Part shown: positions 58,091-64,000 of the stretch, in pieces | Numbering within the stretch: position 1 is the first letter of the stretch | How the letters are laid out: the number at the start of each line of letters is the position of its first letter | Source of the DNA: the human T2T-CHM13v2.0 reference genome, Homo sapiens | Reading direction: 5' to 3' (one strand) | Assembly: GCF_009914755.1 (NCBI RefSeq) | Contig: NC_060947.1 | DNA length: 64,000 nt | Notes under the pieces: model-generated | Told to the model about the DNA's origin: nothing | The model's database searches: none | Seen by the model: the letters and a program-made list of their open reading frames with translations, nothing else | Program-made: the position numbers and the translations under genes

Positions 58091-58543
58091 TGTATTAGTT
58101 TCCTAGGGCTGCTGTGACTACTTACCACAAACTGGGGTGGCATAAGACAACAGAAGTTAATTTTCTCATTTCAGGAGGCTGGAAGTCCAAAATCATGGTG
58201 TTAACAAGGCCATGCTCTCTCTGAAGGTTTTATGAAAGAATCCTTCCTTGCCTGTCTCTTGTCTTCTGGTGGTTGCCAGAAATTCTTGGTGTTCCTTGGC
58301 TTTCAGACATATGATTACATTCTGTCTCCATCTTTGCATGGTGCTGTCTTCTCAGTGTGTCTTTACATGGCCTTATTATAAGGATAACAGTCATTGGAGC
58401 TAGGGCTCACCCTAATCCAGTGTGTCCTTATCTTAAATTGATTACATCTGCAAAGACCCTATTACCAAGTGAGGTCATATTCACAAGTACTGGGGATTGG
58501 ACTTTAACATATCATTTCAAGGTGCACAATTCAACCCATAACA
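58091..58543 (-). mobile_element. MaLR solo LTR, MLT1C-like, inside the L1MB
   Basis: tgtattagtttcctagggctgctgt...attacatctgcaaagaccctatt...attcaacccataaca. Confidence 0.9.
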
Positions 58544-59506
58544 GGCTTGTATCCAGAATACATAAAGAAAGTATATAACTCAACAATAAAAAGACAACCT
58601 AATTTTTTAAGTGGGCAAAAGATTTGAATAGATATTACTCCAAAGAAGACATAAAAATGGCCATAAGCACATGAAAAGATGCTCAACATCACTAGTCACC
58701 AAGGCAATGCAAATCAAAACCACAACGAGATACCACATCATCATACCCATTGGGAAGGATAAAATAAAAAAGGCAGACAATAGTAAGTGTTGGTGAGAAT
58801 CTGAAGAAATTGGAACCGTTATACATTGCTGGGGAACAGTTTGGCAGTTCCTCAAGATGTTAAATGTAGAGTTACCATATGACTCAACAAATTCACTCCT
58901 AAATATATATACAAGAGATCTGAAAACATATTCTCACACAAAAACATGTACATTGCTGATCATAGCAGCACTATTCATAGTAGGCAAAATGTTGAAATAG
59001 TACAGATGTCCATCAACCAATGAATGGATAAAGAAAATGTGGGATATCCATGCAATAAAACATTGTCAATAAAAAGGTGACTAAAGGCAATAAAGATTAT
59101 TGATACATGCTACAACATGGATGACCTTTGAAAACATGCTAAGTGAAAGAACACATTTGCATGATCTTAATGATATGAAATATCCAGAACAGATAAATTT
59201 ATAGACAGAGAGTAGATTAGTGGTTGTCTAGGGCTGGGAAGAAGGGAATGGGAAGTGACTGCTAATGAGTATGGAGTTTCTTTTAGGGGTGATGAAAATA
59301 TTCTAAAATTAGATAGTGATAATGGTTGTGCAACTCCGTGAATATACCAAAAACCATCAAATTACACATTTTAAAGAGTGAATTTCATCTCAATAAAGCT
59401 GTTAAAAAATAAGATGATGTCCTTTACCAAGAGTAGAGGGTATTAGGGGGCTTGAGGAAAATGTTGAAGATTTGAAATTCCCATTCAAAAGAATAAGAGA
59501 GGGAGC

Positions 59507-59960
59507 TGTTTTAGTCATATTAGGCTAGCTACTGTAATAAACAGACTCCAACTTTCAGTGGCTGAACACAAGAAAACTTTATTTCTCTCATACAGTTGTC
59601 TGATCTTGGTCAGGTGACCATCCTCAATGGCTCTCCTCCAAATAGTGACTCAGGGACCCAGGTTCTTTCCATCTTTTGTCTCTGCTATCTTTTTGGTCCT
59701 TGGTCTTTTGGATCTTTAGGTCCTGGGCCTCCCCACCCATATGCTGGATGGGGAAAGAGAATGGAGGATTGAACCTGGGAGGGTTTTATGGAACAGGCCT
59801 GGAGGTAACTTTCTTTACTTCCACTCACATTCTTTTGGCCAGAACTCAGTCACATGGCCACACCTAACTGCAGGAGAGATTGGCACATACAGTCTACTTA
59901 TGTGTCCAGGAGGAAAAGATAAACAGGTTTGCTGAACAGCTAGCCAGCTTCTGCTACAAG
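59507..59960 (-). mobile_element. MaLR solo LTR, MLT1J/K-like
   Basis: ctcagggacccaggttctttccatct; ttggccagaactcagtcacatggccacacctaactgca. Confidence 0.8.
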
Positions 59961-61395
59961 GGCTGACCAAGGACAAAGAACGATTGCAGGCTCCAAGCCC
60001 AGCTTGAGGTGGCATGTTTTCGTGGCTGAGAGCAGGGCTGGATCATTTTCTCCCACTGTTCTTGGTGGAACATTCATAGGTTGAAAGTACTACTATGGGG
60101 CACATTCCTGCTGGTAAATGTAGCCCAGTCTCCACCAGTAATATCTGGTGATGGAATAAACACTAGAGCAACCTTGAACACTTTGGCATCTCACCCACAG
60201 AATGAGAAATGTAGCCATGCTGTCCACACTGTCATTCAAAGGGGAGCAGGAGATGAATGTGGGAAATAAACTGCTATTTCTTTGCACTTGGACAAGGGTT
60301 GAATAAAAATAAGACTCTGTCCCCTTTTAAGGTTGTGCTTTAAATAGAAATCTGCCCCAGGCCCTTCTTGATCTTTTTTTTCCTGGCTCCCTCTCTCTTA
60401 GTGTCCTTCACTCCTGGCCACATCTGCTCCTTTGTGGCTGAGGGGCCTGAGTTCTCCTTGGGAACCAGATTGCCTGGTGGATCCCTCAGATTGAAGCCCC
60501 CTCCCCACTTACCTTTTCATAAGTTTCTAGTGCTACCCGGACAGGTGCAGCTATTTTAGTTATATTTCTATAGTGGTTGTGCCTGCCCTTCTAGACAGCT
60601 GCCACTTGTCTTTCTGACAGACTGTTTGCTTGTGTGTGGCTGCTAATGCTGTAGTAAAAATCACCTCGCTGTCCTGTCCTTGTTTTCAGAGGCACTTGTC
60701 TCTTGGTGTAATGCTGGATGTTTAATGGGCATTGTTTATAAGGAGTATAAGACGGAATAGTATAGCCTCTTGCTTTGTGTCGTAATTCCCTCTGGGCTTA
60801 CTGAAAAGGATGCTGGGAGTTAGGCCAGGCTGGCAGGAAGAGGGATATAAATTAGAAAGGGAGGGAGCACCAGGGCCAGAGAGAAGTGATTCTGTTAAGA
60901 GTGGGCCCTCAGAAAAGGTGGCCAAAGGTCTAAATAACAATGACCAAAGTGTGCAGTAAGGAGGGTGGGATCCGGGTTGGTGTCAATGTCTAAGAGTCTG
61001 AAGCACTATATTGGTTTCTGGAAGAGATTTTCAACTGGTGAGTATGTTTGCCTTGCCTTATTCTCCCCTAATCCATTCTCTACACTCCTGCAGAGTGAAA
61101 TCTTGCAAGGTACAATTCCTAGTTCACATTCTTCCATGGCTTCTTATAATAATATCTAAATGAACTGGTTTTCAAGACCATATGAGCCTGGTCCCAGCCT
61201 CTCTCCAGCCTAATCTCTCCTTCTGCCTCCCTAGATTCATTGCCATGGCCCCAGTTCTAAGATTCTTCTGTTTCCTTCTTATACGCCAAGCTCTCTAGCA
61301 CCTCATACAGCTCCCTCTGGTCCCAACTTTGATACCACTTTTTTCCTGGTAGCTTTCCTGACTAACCCTCCCCATTGAGTTAGTTGCCCGTAACA

Positions 61396-61400
<5 letters not shown>

Positions 61401-61428
<28 letters not shown>
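61401..61428. repeat. (TC)14 microsatellite within an L2 fragment (~61060-61545)
   Basis: Read directly from the sequence. Confidence 0.9.
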
Positions 61429-61432
<4 letters not shown>

Positions 61433-61544
61433 GCAATTATCTCACTCTATTGCAATTACCTGCTCATTTTTGTGCTCTTCCACTAAACTGGAAACTTCAT
61501 AGGATCAGGGACCATGACTTAGTCCACTTTGTACTCCCAATTCT

Positions 61545-61960
61545 ATAGTCAGAATAGGCTAATTTCTGTAATAAAGAACCCCAAAAGTCTCAGTATCTGA
61601 AGACAACAGAAGTTTTATGTCTTACCCACATGGAATTCAATGTGGGTGTTCAGTAGATAACCTTCTACACTGTTATTCGGCAATTAGGCCCCTTTCATTT
61701 TGTAGTTTTCTTATCTCCTAGGGCTGTCCTCTCTTTCCAAGCCTGCATCTGACAGACAGATGGAAGAAGAGGGAATGGAGAATTGTATAGGAAGGTTTTT
61801 AATGGGCTCTGCCTGGAAGTTGGGTACTAAACCCCCACTCATATTCCATTGGCTGGAACTCAGCCATATGACTGCATATACCTGCAGGAGCTGCTGGAAA
61901 ATGTCATCTAGCCATGAGCAGGCTTGGTGAGCAAGTAGTGGGTCTCTGCATGCCACCAGT
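61545..61960 (-). mobile_element. MaLR solo LTR, MLT1J/L-like
   Basis: cactcatattccattggctggaactcagccatatg..ctgcaggagctgctggaaaatgt. Confidence 0.7.
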
Positions 61961-62699
61961 TAGTGCCTGCCTGGAATGTGGTAGGAGCTGAGTGAATATT
62001 TGTTGAATGAGTGAACTTTGGATTCTAGGTTTCATCTTGATTCTTAGGTGATTCAGTTTAATCATCAGGAGGGACATGTGATGACTAATCACAGTGGATT
62101 TCAGGGCTCTGGGCACCTTGGAAGGGTTACGGATAATGATAGAGAGAAGAGTAGTGCTGCCTAAGAGTCCAGCTCCCAGTGAGGTGCTTTCCTTCAAATC
62201 CAACAGGGAAAGAGATTTTTAAAAATTAATCTTGAATTTTCATTTTTTGGAGAGGACAAAGGAGGAGGTAACAGAGAAGAGGAGTGAGGACTGCTTCCTG
62301 GATTTTGTAGACTGTGACAGTGTCAGCTTTTTCCACACGTGCCTCGTAGGTTGATGGAAGCAGTGTGTGACATGCTGGTGCATGCACCCAGCTGCCTGTC
62401 CCTCCCCTGCCTGAGAGAGAACAGGTGTGTAATAGCACACGTGACGTGTCCACTCTCTGTTTCACAGTTAGAGCATCCCTGAGGCCATGCTTCCTCAACT
62501 GAAACATCCACTCAGGCTTCACCCACAATCCAGTTCCCTATGGGTGGAAGAGAACTCATTCCCCAGGTGGGTAGGCAGAAGCAAGAGAACCACGTTGTGA
62601 GAGCTAGCATGGACCAACAATTTAGTTTGAAAATTTGCCTCCAAAGACAACTTCTGGATGAGCTGGGATATAATAACTTCTTATCGTGGGTGGCTCTTC

Positions 62700-62850
62700 A
62701 GAATTTTCTAAAGCACTTTCCCACACCTTATCTCATTTCATCCTTGTAACAACATGGTGAGGTAAGAAAGCCAAGAGTTATTATGTCAGTCTTACAGATG
62801 ATAAAACCGAGGCTCAAAGTAGCTCAGACGACTTTCCCAAGACCACGTGG
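62700..62850 (-). mobile_element. MIR
   Basis: atctcatttcatccttgtaacaac...ttacagatgataaaaccgaggctcaaag. Confidence 0.75.
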
Positions 62851-64000
62851 CTGCTTTTCCTCTCCTGCCATTTCCACCCCAAACCCCCTTGTCCACATTG
62901 GTAAAGTAGTTTCTAGAAGATGTCCTCTTAGTTTGCAGTCAGGGAGACTGGAAAATATGTCTCATGACTGACCTTATCCCTCAACACTGGCCATTTATTT
63001 TCCTGTCTAAACAAGCGGGTCTGCAAGAAGCTACCACAAAATCCTCCCCTATGTTTACATCTCTGTGAGCTGTGGATCCATGCCTTCCAGTGTCCCCTTC
63101 GATTGTTGGTGGAGAAAACCAAGACAGCTAAAATGTTTCCCAGGTTGCAGCACCACACATCTCAGCTAGTTACAGCAGTGTCTAGGTGGAGTTGTGCCAT
63201 GGGACTCTTTTTCATTAAAACAAAACAAAACAAAACAAAACACCACGGAGCTAGGATGTTTTAATAAATGTCTGTGTGTGCGCTTGCTAGGACACACTAC
63301 TGTTGCACTCTCAGGAATCATTAACGCTGTCTCCCAACCTTACTCAGACAGAAAGCTGACGTTACCTTGCCATCCTACCTAATTAAAGATGAAGGCTATA
63401 GTTTCCCCAGTCTATTATAGTCTAGTTTCTGTATTTTGCCATTGCAGAGGAAGAGGGAGAAGCTAAAGGTTGACTGTGATGTGGGAGGATGCAGCCAGGG
63501 GCAAAGAGGGTGAGGATGAGTTGCTTACCTCACAGAACCTAACACCAAATTTTTAGCATCAAAATCCTAACAGCAGAAAGAAAGTTTCCCTGTGGAAGAA
63601 GGACTGGGCCATGTCAATTCCCAAACCTTCCATCCTTCCTTCCTCCCAACGGCTCAGGTATACCTGAGAAACCTACATCTGCTGGCATCATCTCCCATGC
63701 ATTGTTTTTGCAGAAGCAGAGCATGACCGACATCTAATAATATCTATGTTGGTATCTGTCTCAGCAAATCCTTTCTGTATTAAAAGATTAATGTAGTAAA
63801 TCCAGAGTTACAGGGAGATTGTGGTGTTTCCTCTTCTGGTGTCAGAGTGTTGTTTTTTTAATACTATATTTTGTTTTCCTTTTTCACCCTCCCTTCTCAT
63901 CCCTATAAACCATATTTTGAAGCCCTTCTCCAATTGCTTGATTTTCCTAATAGTAATAAAAAGCCTAGACAGTTTGGATGGCATCTGTACCACCTCTTTT

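Noticed and set aside
60690-61037. Possible cassette exon (acceptor ttgttttcag at 60689, donor CTG|GTGAGT at 61037)
   Set aside because: Has an early in-frame stop in the NHS phase and no homology. Such pseudo-exons are common in long introns.

Overview
Human (primate) genomic DNA covering the 5' end of NHS (Nance-Horan syndrome actin remodelling regulator; Xp22 by prior knowledge). It holds about 31 kb of upstream sequence, a CpG-island promoter, coding exon 1 (ATG 32357 to donor 32921|32922, 565 nt, N-terminal WAVE-homology domain) and about 31 kb of intron 1. The rest is mostly interspersed repeats: a near full-length, inactivated L1PA2/3-like LINE-1 on the minus strand (1-5109), older L1M/L2/L3/MIR copies, ERVL/MaLR solo LTRs, Alus with target-site duplications (TSDs), a U13 snoRNA retrocopy and microsatellites. 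Nearly all other ORF-track entries are spurious. I see no CRISPR, tRNA, rRNA or new multi-gene system. The best leads are a probable L1 3'-transduction (17385-17668), a strong-Kozak uORF in the NHS leader, a TATA-containing intronic promoter followed by an in-phase candidate alternative first exon (34059-34571), and a dense AP-1/E-box/ETS/CTCF module (18404-18440). Repeat subfamily names come from recalled consensus sequences, not from a search.
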